Positions 38,753 to 51,448 of a stretch of 64,000 bases of DNA are shown in pieces. Positions within the stretch are counted from its first letter, which is position 1; each line of letters begins with the position of its first letter. The DNA comes from Octopus sinensis. Its lineage: Eukaryota. The position numbers and the translations under genes were made by a program. The stretch spans positions 5,270,001 to 5,334,000 of the forward strand of contig NC_043011.1 in assembly GCF_006345805.1 (NCBI RefSeq), in the 5' to 3' direction. Under the pieces are notes generated by a model. It had not been told where the DNA came from, did not search any database, and worked only from the letters and a program-made list of their open reading frames with translations.

Positions 38753-40937
38753 ATTAATCGAAAATTCTACCGTCCGTCTTAATACTGGTACTGTCATAAA
38801 CAAGAAGGATGCACTAAAGTAGTTCTAGTCAGACTCCTTAAAAAACGGGATGGTCGCGGTCGGAAGGCCTTTGATTATAGATAACCATCGAGACTGACCT
38901 AGGGCTTAACATCAAATATACCAGATAAGTCAACAAGGGAGCCTTTGAGAGGGCGCTAGAAATAGCAGCTTCCTCCGTCTTAAAATGAAAATCAATGTAA
39001 AACGTTGTCCTGGATGCACTGTTCCAAGGAAAATGACAGAATGGTCACGAGTGAACGCCTTTGATAATAAGTCTGCTCGATCAGGACTGACCAAGGGTTA
39101 AATACTACATCATAGTATTACATCGCACACACACAATGTACTACAATGTAGTACAATAGTAGGGAGACTGCTTGTGTGACCGAATTCATTGTGAAACATG
39201 TTTTGAGCATGAAAACGTTTGTTTTCTTAATTAAAACAATTAAAAACAGAGAAACGTGTCCAAGGTGTAGGAGGGACTTCGAAAACATTTACGGAATGAA
39301 TGAATGAACGGATTGCATTGAAAAAAATATGAATGAATGAATGAGCAGTGAAAAAATATTCACCGGTGATTTTGTTACAAGTCGGTCCCTACACATCTGA
39401 TAGTAGCAAGGTAATTTAGATTTACAAGGGGCCAAGTTGGCGTTGCTATAAAAGGAGAATTTTTTTTAATGTTGTGTATACATCACTTCAACTAAAAAAA
39501 AATTAAGGGTTGTCTAGTTAAAGAGTAAAGTTTACAAGTATAGACTAACTCCACTGTACAGTAAGAATTTACTTAGGGAATGGATTTGCGTTAAGGAACT
39601 GAAAAATAAAAATTAAAAAATTTCTTTATGCAGTAAACGTTTTCAGACAAAGTAGTACTTGAAACTGCAGCGTATTAAAATTACTGATTTTACCAATCTA
39701 GGAAGAGATGAAGAGTACAGATCATCCGAGTACAAAAACTAAACAACTTTTTGCTTCGAGACGATGAGGGAACTTCCATCTGGTCGCTTTACATGTTAGA
39801 AACAGCAGTCATACCGCCCTTATATATCACATCCTAAACTCTTAGAAAAGAACACGCTAAATAATATAGTTCTGAATTTCCAGCATTTAGTAATAAGACG
39901 AGATGTTCATGGTTGGAATATTTTTTTATCATAGCTTTGCTTGACCAGAGCTGACATGGGGTTAAAGTCATAAATAAATAGGTAAATAAATGCAAACGCT
40001 AACTCACATCATTCGCATTTAAATGAAATATCAAGTTGAATTCAATTAGGAGTAAGTGCTCTTTTAGAATACACAATCTTTCTTTTCGGCAGACCCAACA
40101 ATAGAAGGCACACACAAATCGTTTTGTTACGAGACATACGTGTGATAAGGTCGTTTAAATAACGATAAATTTATGAATTAAAGTATTAAAATAATATATT
40201 ATAATCGTGAATTCAGAATGTTTTTTGTTAAACCTAAAAAAGAAAAAAAAATTTATTTGATATTTCTTTTTCTTTCCTTTCATTTATGAAATATAAACAT
40301 GTTCAGTCAAAAATTGCGTAGTATAGACTATAATAAAACAATGCGTTTAAATAAAAATTTTCTGGGAGATAGTTAAAATTCAAAATCAACAATAAATATT
40401 AGACAGTGAAAGATTCATTCGGAAATTTCATTTTAAAAATATATAATTAAGCACGAAATTCGTGATGCCTTGGAGAAAGGGACACGAAAAGTTATATTAG
40501 GAAGGCAACTTGTAAATAAAATAGTAGTCGCACGTTTAAACACGCACACACACATTTATACACGAAGCACTGGTTAATAATAGAATAGTGAAACTGTTGT
40601 ATACAATACTCAGGTGAAAGAGTTTAAGAAAGAAAATTAAACAAAACCTACGAAGAGATGACAACCAATAAGGCTTTTGCCAGACTATCTACAGGGACTG
40701 TTATTGTCAAGACAACATGTGAAAGGGAATTATAGAAAGGGGATGAAATTCTCACTAACAGATATATGGAAGTTTCCACGCATCGGTTCGTTAAAGCTCC
40801 TTCTTTTTCTTCAATGGAAATTCACCGGGGTTTTTTTTCTTCTTTTTTTTTTAACTAATAAACAATAGAGAGATTGCAGATTTAAGTGACTTTCTTGATT
40901 TGAAGATTTATCTTATTAAATCCTCTTCTACTCGCCC

Positions 40938-41014
<77 letters not shown>

Positions 41015-41067
41015 GTATATGTGTGTGTGTGTACGTATAAATGTATACGTTTATATCTATATCTATA

Positions 41068-41098
<31 letters not shown>

Positions 41099-41151
41099 TC
41101 CCGCGAGCACACAACTACACAACACATACATAAACACAGTATATACACATA

Positions 41152-41205
<54 letters not shown>

Positions 41206-41674
41206 TGCACGCACGTACACACGTGTGTGTTTATGTCTGCCTTTATCTACCCCCCACCGCCGACTTTCCTGACAGTCTGTGACGTGTGGGAAATTATAAG
41301 AGATAGAGAGAGAGAGAGCATGGAGTGTGGGAGAGAGAAAATAGTAAATTGGTGTCGCGTTCATCCTGTGAGAGATATATAAATACAACAGTGTTCGGAA
41401 TTCGATCATCACATATTTCACAATATGTGGTGTGTGTGTATGTGTGTGTGTGACATGTGTATTTGAGATGAGACATGTCTGTGTACAGAAGCACGGGGAC
41501 GGTGGTACTGACTTGGCAGTCGTTGTTTTTCATATGATGTATAGCCTCTGTTCTTCCTTTTCCTTTTCTGTTGTCGTTCAGCAATGACAGTGGGGATGTA
41601 TTTGACTGCATTCTCTATTTTTGCTTATCCATCCATCCTTCTATCTATCCATCCATCCATCCATCCAACCATCC

Positions 41675-41749
<75 letters not shown>

Positions 41750-42589
41750 AAGCGACAAGCCAACGAGGAAGGCCTCTACAGAGTCGTTCGAGTCTGCCAG
41801 AAATAGCAGTCAAATCTCATTCAAATTACCGCCTGGAAAAAGGAAAGAACACATTAGATACTGCAGTCATACAAACACTTAAGAAGACAACAGAATACTA
41901 ATAACTAGAATGTTTTCCATTTGGGTCGGCTCCACTGAAGTCCCCTTTGGGCCAAACAACAAGTATAGAACGAGGAAGCTTCTATGCAGTCGTTCAAACT
42001 GTTAGAAACAGTAGCTAAATTGTCTTTAAATCGTTTTCTAATGTCTTTTGTATATATATATACTCTTTTACTTGTTTCAGTCATTTGACTGTGGCCATGC
42101 TGGAGCACCGCCTTTAGTCGAGCAAATCGACCCTGGGACTTATTTTTTGTAAGTCTGCTACTTATTCTATCGGTCTCTTTTGCCGAACCCCTAAGTTACG
42201 GGGACGTAAAAACACTGGCATCGGTTGTCAAGCAATGCTAGGGGTACAAACACAGACACACAAACACATACATACATATACATATATATACATATATACG
42301 ACAGGCTTCTTTCAGTTTACGTCTACCAAATCCACTCAGAAGGCATTGGTCGGCCCGGGGCTATAGCAGAAGACACTTGCCCAAGATGCCACGCAGTGGG
42401 ACTGAACAGGCGTGGCTGTGTGGTAGGAAGATCGCTTCCCAACCACATGGCTCCAGGCTCAGTCCCACTGCGTGACACCTGGCACATTGGGTAAGAGTCT
42501 TTTACTATTTAAGCCTTGGAACGACCAAAGCCTTGTGAGTGGATTTGGTTGACGGAAAGTGAAAGAAACCCATTGTATATATATATATA

Positions 42590-43881
42590 CGAGGGGCGTT
42601 CAATAAGTAATGCCCCTGACCCACTTCCCATAGCAGTAGAGCAACGAAACTTGGCACAGTTATTAGTCTTTTTCTACATAGGAACCACCCAGAGTTACGC
42701 ATTTCTCCCATCGTTTGATGCAGCTCTGGAGACCGTTTTTGTAAAAGACCCCAGCTTGGTCCTCCAACCACAACGTGACTTCAGAAATCAAGGCTGCATC
42801 ATCTGGGAAACGCTTTCCTTTCAAAAACATCTTCATGGCTGGGAAGAGGTGAAAACCAGAGGGTGCAAGGTCAGGAGAGTAGGGCGGATGGGGGAGGAGT
42901 TCATAGCCGCACGCCTGTGCTTCTGATCTGGCGACACGCGAGTTGTGGACCGGAGCGTTGTCCTGCAGGAGGAGGATGCCTTTGCTGATCTTGCCCCGCC
43001 TCTTGATGCTGATAGCTTCTCTTAATTTCTTCAAAAGTGAAGCATAATAGGCTCCTGTAATTGTGGTACCCTTTGCCAGGAGATCTGTCATCACTACTCC
43101 GTCCTGGTCCCAGAAGACTGAGTATGACCTTGCCAGCGGAGGGCTGCACCCTTGCATTCTTTGGAGGAGGTGAGTCACGGTGCTTCCACTGCATTGACTA
43201 GGCTTTGGTCTCTGGATCATAGTGATGGACCCAGGTTTCATCCTGTGTAATCAATCTTTTGAAAAATTTTGACTCATCTTCTTGGCACATCTCCAAATTC
43301 ATCCTCGTGCACTCGACGCGTTATTGCTTCTGGAAAGGTTTGAGCAACCTGGGAATCCATCTGGCAGACACCTTTTGCATATGCAAATGGCCATGAATGA
43401 TAGTTTCCTCAGACCCGGTACTAATCTTGACCTCATGGGCTATTAGGCGAATAGTTATGCGTCGATCTTCCAAAATGGCAGCCTCAACTTGACAGACAGA
43501 TGCCTCATCAATAGCAGAAGGGGGGCGACCAGATTTGGGAGCTGTTTCCATAGAGTTCTGACCATGTTTGAATTCACGATGCCAGCGTTTTACAAGGTCA
43601 TATGATGGGGCATCATCACCATAAGTTACTTTCATTTCATCAAAAGTCTCCCGTGGTGTGCGTCCTTTCAAATACAAAAACCGGATCACTGCTCGCCACT
43701 CAACAGGCTCCATTTCACACTTGACTCAGTTCAAACACCTGTAAATCAGAAACCACAATTAGTTCAGAGCTGTAATTTGCCACTTAATCTATAGAGATAT
43801 AAATAATTACACATGGAAAAATTCCAGCTAGATCAAACAACTGCAAGTGGGTCAGGAGCATTACTTATTGAACGTCCCTCG
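42590..43881 (-). mobile_element. Full-length mariner (Tc1/mariner, DD34D type) transposon with disrupted transposase
   Basis: 37-bp TIRs CGAGGGGCGTTCAATAAGTAATGCCCCTGACCCACTT (2 mismatches), TA TSD. Motifs WIPRLL, ITQDETWV, QDNAPVH, HPPYSPDLAPS. Stop at 43321 plus a frameshift. Inserted in the microsatellite of a SINE. Confidence 0.96.
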
Positions 43882-44379
43882 TACATAATGTATATGCGTG
43901 TGTGTGTGTCTATGTTAGTGTTTGTCCGCCACCACCGCTTGACAACCGGTGTAGGTGTGTTTGCGTACCCGTAACGTAGCAGTTTGGCATAAGTGACTGT
44001 TAGAGTAAGTACTAGGCTTTCAAAAATAAGTCCTAGTGTAGATTTGTTCGACTAAAATCCTTCAAAGCGGTGTCCCTGCATGGCCGCAATCGAATAACTG
44101 GAACAAGTAAACAGAGGTACCCGGTGTTGCTCGAGATTAAAATTGCATCATTTTTTAATTGTTTTACTTGTTTCAGTCATGTAACTGCGGCCATGCTGGA
44201 GCACCGCCGTTGGTCGAACAAATCGACCCAAGGATTTATTCTTTGTAAGCCTAGTGCTTATTCCATTAGTGTATTTTGCGGAACCGCTAAGTTATGGGAA
44301 CGTAAACACAGCAACATCGGTTGTCAGACAATGGTGGGGGTACAAAACAAATACACACACACACACACACACAAGGGAT

Positions 44380-46970
44380 ATTGCACTGTTTCCCTAGCCT
44401 TGAATAATCAGAAATACTACCATGTGAAACTACGTGCTCAGAAACTTGTGCACTGACCTAATTCTGGGTACGGACTTCCAAGAACAGCATGAAAGTATAT
44501 ACGGAGGACAGAGATCACCATTAACATTTACTGCGCTAACAGCTATGAAAACTGATCCTCCAAAACTATTCGCTCATCTCAGAGAGGGCTGTAAACCTAT
44601 TGCAGCCAAATCGCGAAAATACTCGGAACGTGATCGAGAGTTCATCAGGACAGAAGTACGCCGCTTAGCAGATGCGAACATTATTGAACCTAGTAACTCC
44701 CCATGGAGATCGCAAGTGTTAGTTGTTCAAAAAAAGAAAAAGGTGAAGAATGGTGATTGACTACCCAGAGACGATTATCAAATATACACAGCTTGGTGCC
44801 TACCCCTTTCCTAAAATTGATGAGTTAGTGAACACTATTGCCAAGTATAAAGTCTACAGTACTATAGAATTACGTTCGGCATGCCATCAGATTCCTCTAT
44901 CAGAGAAAGACTGTCAATTTACTGCCTTTGAAGCTGATGGTAAATTATGGCATTATACTAGGATTCCATTCGGAGTAAATAACGGCAGTGCATGATTCCA
45001 ACGTATAATGGACGACTTCGAGAGTAAATACAAGCTGCGAGATACGTTCCCATTCATAGACAATTTAACCACATGTGGGAAAGATCAAAATGACCACGAT
45101 AAAAATTTAGAAAAATTTGAAATGGCAGCAAAAAGTGAAGGGCTTACCATGAATGAAGACAAGTGCGTTTACTCAACAACAACTCTTGACTTTCTTGGAT
45201 ACCGTATCGCGCACAACAACCTCAGCCCTGATTCAGTAAGGCTTGTTCCACTCTTCAATCTTCCTATACCAACTGACCAGAAATCATTAAAACGTATAGT
45301 CGGTATGTTTTCTTATTATGCTAAGTGGATCTCCATATTTTCTGACAAAATATATCCTCTAAATAACGTATTAAAATTTCCTTTAAACAGCCAACGAGTA
45401 AAAGCGTTTGAGTCATTAAAAGTAGAACTAGCCAATGCTGCCATTCAAGTAATAGATGAGGACATTCCATTTACTGTTGAGATGGATGCTTCGGATTTTG
45501 CCATATCTGCGACACTAAATCAAGATAGAAGACCAGTCGCATTCCATTCTCGCACGCTGCAAGGTAGCGTGCAAGCAATTATCGAATCAATTCATCATTG
45601 GAGACAATTTCTTCTAGGTAGACATTTTACATTAATTACTGACCAACGCTTTGTTGCATTCATGTATAATTATAAAGAGACGAGTAAAGTTTAAAATGAT
45701 AACATTATGAGATGGCGCATTGCGTTATTTCCATACTCATATGATATTCGCTATCGTCCAGGACTCAGTAACATCACTCCGGATGCATTCACAAGGTTAC
45801 GCTGTTCAGAAATTAGTTCACATTCACTTTATGAGTTACATGCAGCACTGTGCCATCCTGGTGGAGTACGCCATCATCATTTCGTCTGCAGTAGAAATCT
45901 TCCATATTCGTTAGAGAACGTGAAACAAATATGTAGGCATTGCTCTATATGTCAAGAAGTGAAACCACAATATTATAAACCAGACTCAGTTAACTTAATT
46001 AAGGCCATGCAGCCCTTCGAGCGAACTTCCATCGATTTCAAAGGTCCGATTCCTTTCACGAAGCATCCTTATCTTCTAACAATAGATGACGAATACTCTC
46101 GGTTTCCGTTTGGTTATCCGGTATCTGACACATCAGCTCGGACTGTAATAAAGTGTCTTACTGACTTGTTCTGAGTTTTCGGTATGCCCAGTTATGTACA
46201 TTCAGATCGTGGAACTACCTTTATGTCTTCAAGATTGAGAGAATGGCTCCTCAGTAAGGACATTGCAACGAGTAGGACGACACCATACAGTCCCACTGAG
46301 AACAGTCAAGTAAAGATATAATGGTATTATTTGGAAGTCAGTACTACTCCCTTTGAAAACCCGTGCCCTTCAGTATCTTCATAGGAAACAGTTCTTCCAG
46401 GCGTGTTGCATTCAATTAGATCTCTACTTTGTACGTCCACTAACGCCACTCCTCATGAAAGTCTTTTTAACTATCAAAGACGTTCAGCAACAGGAACCTC
46501 TATGCCAACATGGCTTCTTAACCCAGGACCTGCGCTTGTTCAAAGGAACAATCGCACTAACAAGTATGACCCTATCGTGGACCAAGTTGATTTAATCGAA
46601 GCCAACCCCCAATACGCTCACGTCCGTTACCCTGACGGTCGCGAAACCACAGTATCCACAAAACAATTGGCATCACCAGGGAAGACTAACCCAACTGATA
46701 ACCTAACCTAAACCTTTGTCTCTCAAGAGCCACACAGAGAGCCAACTGAAATTTCTCCTCCTCCTAGAGATAACCGCCAAGAACAAAATGACGAATCCCC
46801 GCAGCAGCGTCGATCATAAAGGATTCGGAATGCCCCGGGAAGGCCTGATCTATGATTCTTTTTCCTTCTTTTTCTAGGAGGGAGTGAATGTTATGCAAAT
46901 AACGTTGATATAAAGAGCATGCGCATTTGACAGGAAGAGGAAGAGAGAACGGCCATTCGGAATAACGTAC
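44380..46970 (+). mobile_element. Decayed Ty3/gypsy LTR retrotransposon pol (protease remnant, RT, RNase H, integrase), PPT and start of the 3' LTR
   Basis: DLILGTDF, EPSNSPWRS, IDY, AYPFPKID, FIDN, DASDFAISATL, HPG, IDFKGP, HSDRG. PPT AGGAGGGAGTGAA at 46876-46888 then TG at 46889. Many stops and frameshifts. Confidence 0.93.
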
Positions 46971-47967
46971 AGGATTATGACTAAAAATTAGTTTCTTTGA
47001 ACCAAGATTTAATGGCTATACATGACAATCCCCTACAAACCTATGCAACATCAGACGCTCAGTCTCCTGTCCTTTAGATAACCACTGCCTCACGAAAAAC
47101 ATCGTTTACAAGTGTACAGTATCAGCTGCCAACTGTAACTACATAGGTATATCGGCACATGCAGCACCTCCTTTAAAATGATAGTGAGTAACTACTACTC
47201 CAGTTTCAAGTTCCAAACAAAATCCAACAACACATCGTTATTTCAGTTTATCAATAATCTAAAGATTGATTCAACTCGTTCCATCCTCAAGTAGTCCATA
47301 GTCACCCACGTCAAACCATACAGCAACTATAACAAGGGTGATCTCTGCATAGCCGAGCTCTTAGCTATTTTGTAATCCACGAACTGTCTTAATGAACGCA
47401 GCAGTATAATTTTTACCTGCGAACATCGATCACTAAATCTATTCTCAAAATACAAATAACAACAACCCCACCTCGCTTTTTTACTCCTAACCTTCATAAA
47501 TTTTCTCTCACTATCACTATATATTAAATCAACAGTATATCTTCCCATTAACTCCTTATTGTCATTTACATACTTCTCTCTGTATTTTTCCTTACTATTT
47601 AAACAAAAAGAAATTCTCTTATTTCACCTGTCTCCCTCCCCTGAACTTACAAGTACATACGCCAGTATACATCTCTAATACTTCATACTGTAAACACGCT
47701 CACCGCACACAACATAAAATCCTCAACTGCAAGCCACTCGTAGCCGCCACAATTCTTCCCCATTCTCTCTTGCTTTCTTCATGCATACTTTTTTCTTCAC
47801 CTTGACCATAAATATTTCCTCACCCTCTTCCCTCCACATTATCGTTTTTCAAATACCACTCCCCTTGCTAATTTCTGTGATTCGGCCAAAACAACCTTAT
47901 TGAATACTACCATTCAATTGCCCTTTCTTAAATTCCTCATTTCTCTCACTTCCTTATGTTCTTTTCA

Positions 47968-48198
47968 GGCGGCGAGCTGGCAGAAACGTTAGCACGCCGG
48001 GCGAAATGCGTAGCCGTATTTCGTCTGTCGATACATTCTGAGTTCAAATTCCGCCGAGGTCGACTTTGCCTTTCATCCTTTCGGGGTTGATAAATTAAGT
48101 ACCAGCTTCGCACTGGGGTCGATGTAATCGGCTTAATCCGTTTGTCTGTCCTAATTTGTCCCCTCTGTGTTAAGCCCCTTGCGGGCAATAAAGAAATA
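47968..48198 (+). mobile_element. SINE family B (tRNA head plus Nin/Deu-like domain GACTTTGCCTTTCATCCTTTCGGGGTCGATAAA)
   Basis: Copies at 1140-1374, 2130-2362(-), 3091-3325(-), 11100-11327, 13979-14398 (internally duplicated), 28522-28740(-), 54345-54730 and 58500-58698(-). Confidence 0.88.
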
Positions 48199-48341
48199 TT
48201 TCTTTCTTCTTTTAATCATTATTTCTCTCTGCATTTATATTCTCCACTCCTACTGGGCTCTCTATAGATTATTGATTGAATCTTCCATGTGCTAACACGT
48301 ACTTCCTTGCGACAGAGTAAACTTTCATCTAATCAAGATAT

Positions 48342-48433
48342 TCTTGGCCTGAAGAATAGCTTGCGGTATACACCACGCTTGGCTATTTACCACTTCCGAG
48401 GTTCCACTCACTATGAAACATATGTAACCCGGA
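48342..48433 (+). ncRNA. Hammerhead motif of the 47-48 kb PLE, degraded stem I
   Basis: CTGAAGA-ATAG...CTAT-GAA-ACATATGT-A. Confidence 0.65.
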
Positions 48434-48460
48434 TCTTATCTATAACATTCCTTATCTCTC

Positions 48461-48509
<49 letters not shown>

Positions 48510-48511
<2 letters not shown>

Positions 48512-48560
48512 AGTAGAGATACCCAGCGTTGTTCGGGATTAAAATTGGAAAGATTTTTTG
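48510..48560 (-). mobile_element. Isolated Helitron 3' terminus
   Basis: Minus strand CCCGAACAACGCTGGGTATCTCTACTAG, like the 3' end at 51449. Confidence 0.6.
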
Positions 48561-48831
48561 TTTTAATTGTTTCAGTCATGTGACTACATCTATGCTGGAG
48601 TATCGCCTTTAGTCGAACAAATCGAGCAAGGATTTATTCTTTATAAGCCTAGTACTTATTCTATTAGTGGCTTTTGCCGAACCGCTAAGTCACAGGGACG
48701 CAAACACACCAACATCGGTGTCAAGTGATGGTGGAGGTACGAACCCATAAACAAATGTATACATATATACGACAGACGTCTTCTTGTTTCCGTGTACAAA
48801 ATCTACCCACAAGGCTTTAGTCGGCCTAAGG

Positions 48832-48876
<45 letters not shown>

Positions 48877-48960
48877 TATATATATATCTATATATATATA
48901 TATACGCACATATATATTCACATATATATGTCTACATATACATACATAAATGTATTTATA

Positions 48961-49014
<54 letters not shown>

Positions 49015-49047
49015 ATATTATATATATATATATAATATATATATATA

Positions 49048-51386
49048 GTTAATCTTTATTCTAACATCCCTCACAACCTAGGAATAGAAGCGATCACCTT
49101 CTGGCTGAATAACTACCCCTTTGAACTCCCAACTCGCATAAACAAAGACCTTATAATAGAAGGACTTAGATTTATTCTCGAAAACAATTACTTTATTTTT
49201 GACAATAATTTCTACAGACAAAGATCAGGAACAGCGATGGGCACGCGTACTGCACCATCTTTTGCCAACCTAGTGATGGGATACCTCGAGAAAATACTCT
49301 ACCGGATAACACTCGAGAAATTTGGAAACACCTTCTCCACCTATATCCAGAACAACTTGAAAAGATACCTCGATGACTGTTTCATCATCTGGGACAAAAG
49401 TATAGAGAAACCTGAGGAATTTAAAATACTATTAAATGGAATAAATGATAATATACAATTCACGATGGATCATAACGAAGAAGAATTACCATTTTTAGAC
49501 ATCCTCATTAAGAAAACCGGCAACAAATTAGAGACAGATATCTACTATAAACCGACAGACTCTAAACAATACCTACCCTTTGATTCATGCCACCCACGAC
49601 ACACTAGAATAAATGTCCCTTTTTGTTTAGCTAGAAGGATCTGCACCACAATATCAGACACAACACCCGACACACACGTCTCCAGGAACTTAGAACCACA
49701 CTCACAATAGAAACTATCCACAGCCCAATAGACAGTGCAATCCAAAGGGCACTCAAATTAAGTATAGAAGACCTGAGACAAACAAAACCAAAAAAGAAAG
49801 AACAATTAAAAACCCTTCCCTACATCTCTACCCAACAACCCACTCAACAATGAGGCCTTCAGCACCATACTACAAAGCACAGCCCTACTAAAGGGAGACC
49901 CAAAGATGAACCGGATCCTCGAAACACACACCATCATTAAAAGTAAACGGCAACCAAAATCCTTGAGAAGGATTTTAACCCAAGCTAAACTGCACTCAAC
50001 ATCAACCACAAAACCAGCAGTTAGAAAATGTGGAAGGCCCAACTGCGGAATCTGTGTCATCTTGATTTATACTAGAATTTATACTAGAACAAGGCCATCA
50101 GTTCACCATTAGAGCAAACTTCACCTGCGCATCAGAAAACTTAATTTACATCATAACATGCGCAGGCTACAATAGGCAGTATATAGGCCATACAAAAAAT
50201 AGCTTACGTAACAGGATGGCGGTGCATAAATCACAAATTAGAAACCCTGAATACCGGAAAATACCGGTCAGCGGACACATAGATAGATGTGCTGGAAATG
50301 TAAATCCGAAATTTACAACTTACCCGCTTTATAAATTCAGTGACAGCGTAACCTTCACACAACGCCAAAATAAAGAACTGTATTTCATCAAAAAATTTAG
50401 ACCAAGTTTGAACACCCCGGGCTAGGAATATTAAAACAAAAGATTGGTCCTCCGAAAAGGAGAAGCGAAATTCCACCACGGCCGCTGCCTTAAACAGTCA
50501 CTCACACTGACAGAAATATGTCTTAGGGAAAGGGAAAAAAAATCATAAAAAGATCTCTACGAGCAGATCTAATCCTGATTCGTCAAGAAACTGATGACGT
50601 ATTACCTCAGTGGGCAATCTATTGTCACCCTGCTTGGTCGGTTTCCACATACGATACAGCTACGGGTCAGACCCGATTCTGATTGGTCTAAACATTGATG
50701 ACGTCTCGTTCTGCTGGACTAGCCACCTAACGAGATGATTGGTCAAAACAGTGATGACGTCACGTTCCGCTGGACTAGCCACCTAACAGGATACAGACAT
50801 GGGTCAGATCTAATACAGCTATAGGTCAGACCCGATTCTGATTGGTCGAAACATTGATGACGTCCCGTTCTGCTGGACTAGCCACCTAACGAGACGATTG
50901 GTCAAAACTTTGATGACGTCCCGTTACGCTGGACTAGCCACCTAACAGGTGATATAAGACCCAAACATTTCACAAGATTCACCAGAACTATTCGAACAGA
51001 CACCAACCAACAGTCATCACAGTTGCTCCCATTGGAACACAAGGTAAAACCTAAAATGAATTCCTCGCTTTTTCAAGAACATGAATATTTTATATATTGA
51101 ATGCATATCACCACTATGAACTACTACTTCATACTCTTTAAACATATAGCATGGACTCGCTCCACTATATATGAATTTTTTTATTATATATGAATTTTTT
51201 ATATTTGATAGCATGAACTATCTTTTTTATATATAAATTTTTTTTGATAAGGTTCGTCATTTCAAGAACCGAAACATGTTAAATAAATAATGTATATATA
51301 AAAATCAAAAATTTGTCTAATATAGCATCATTTTCAAACTTCATTTTTTACAAATATATACCCACTCGTATACGAGCTAATCTTAT

Positions 51387-51390
<4 letters not shown>
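49048..51390 (+). mobile_element. Penelope-like retroelement (Neptune-like), 5'-truncated: RT, GIY-YIG endonuclease, 3' UTR/pseudo-LTR
   Basis: NLYSNIP, GTAMGTRTAPSFANL, RYLDDCF, LPFLD, YYKPTD, CGRPNCGIC linker, NLIYIITC...YIGHT. Flanked by (TA)n on both sides. Confidence 0.93.
51238..51287 (+). ncRNA. Hammerhead-like motif with U3-A8 core in the PLE pseudo-LTR (second copy at 61625-61667)
   Basis: TTGATAA-GGTTC...GAACC-GAA-ACATGT-T; stem I is weak (A/T only). Confidence 0.6.
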
Positions 51391-51446
<56 letters not shown>

Positions 51447-51448
51447 GA

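Larger units (their letters stand above)
46971..48450 (+). mobile_element. Penelope-like element 3' fragment (GIY-YIG C-terminus, pyrimidine-rich UTR, hammerhead motif), interrupted by a SINE at 47968-48198
   Basis: CPLDNHCLTKNIVYKCTV...YIGTCSTSFK and DLCIAELLAIL...CLNERSSIIFTCEHR; hammerhead motif at 48342-48433. Confidence 0.75.

Noticed and set aside
50591-50930. CTGATGA/TGATGACGT as hammerhead cores
   Set aside because: No stem II-GAAA-NUH follows; better explained as CRE-like motifs of the pseudo-LTR.
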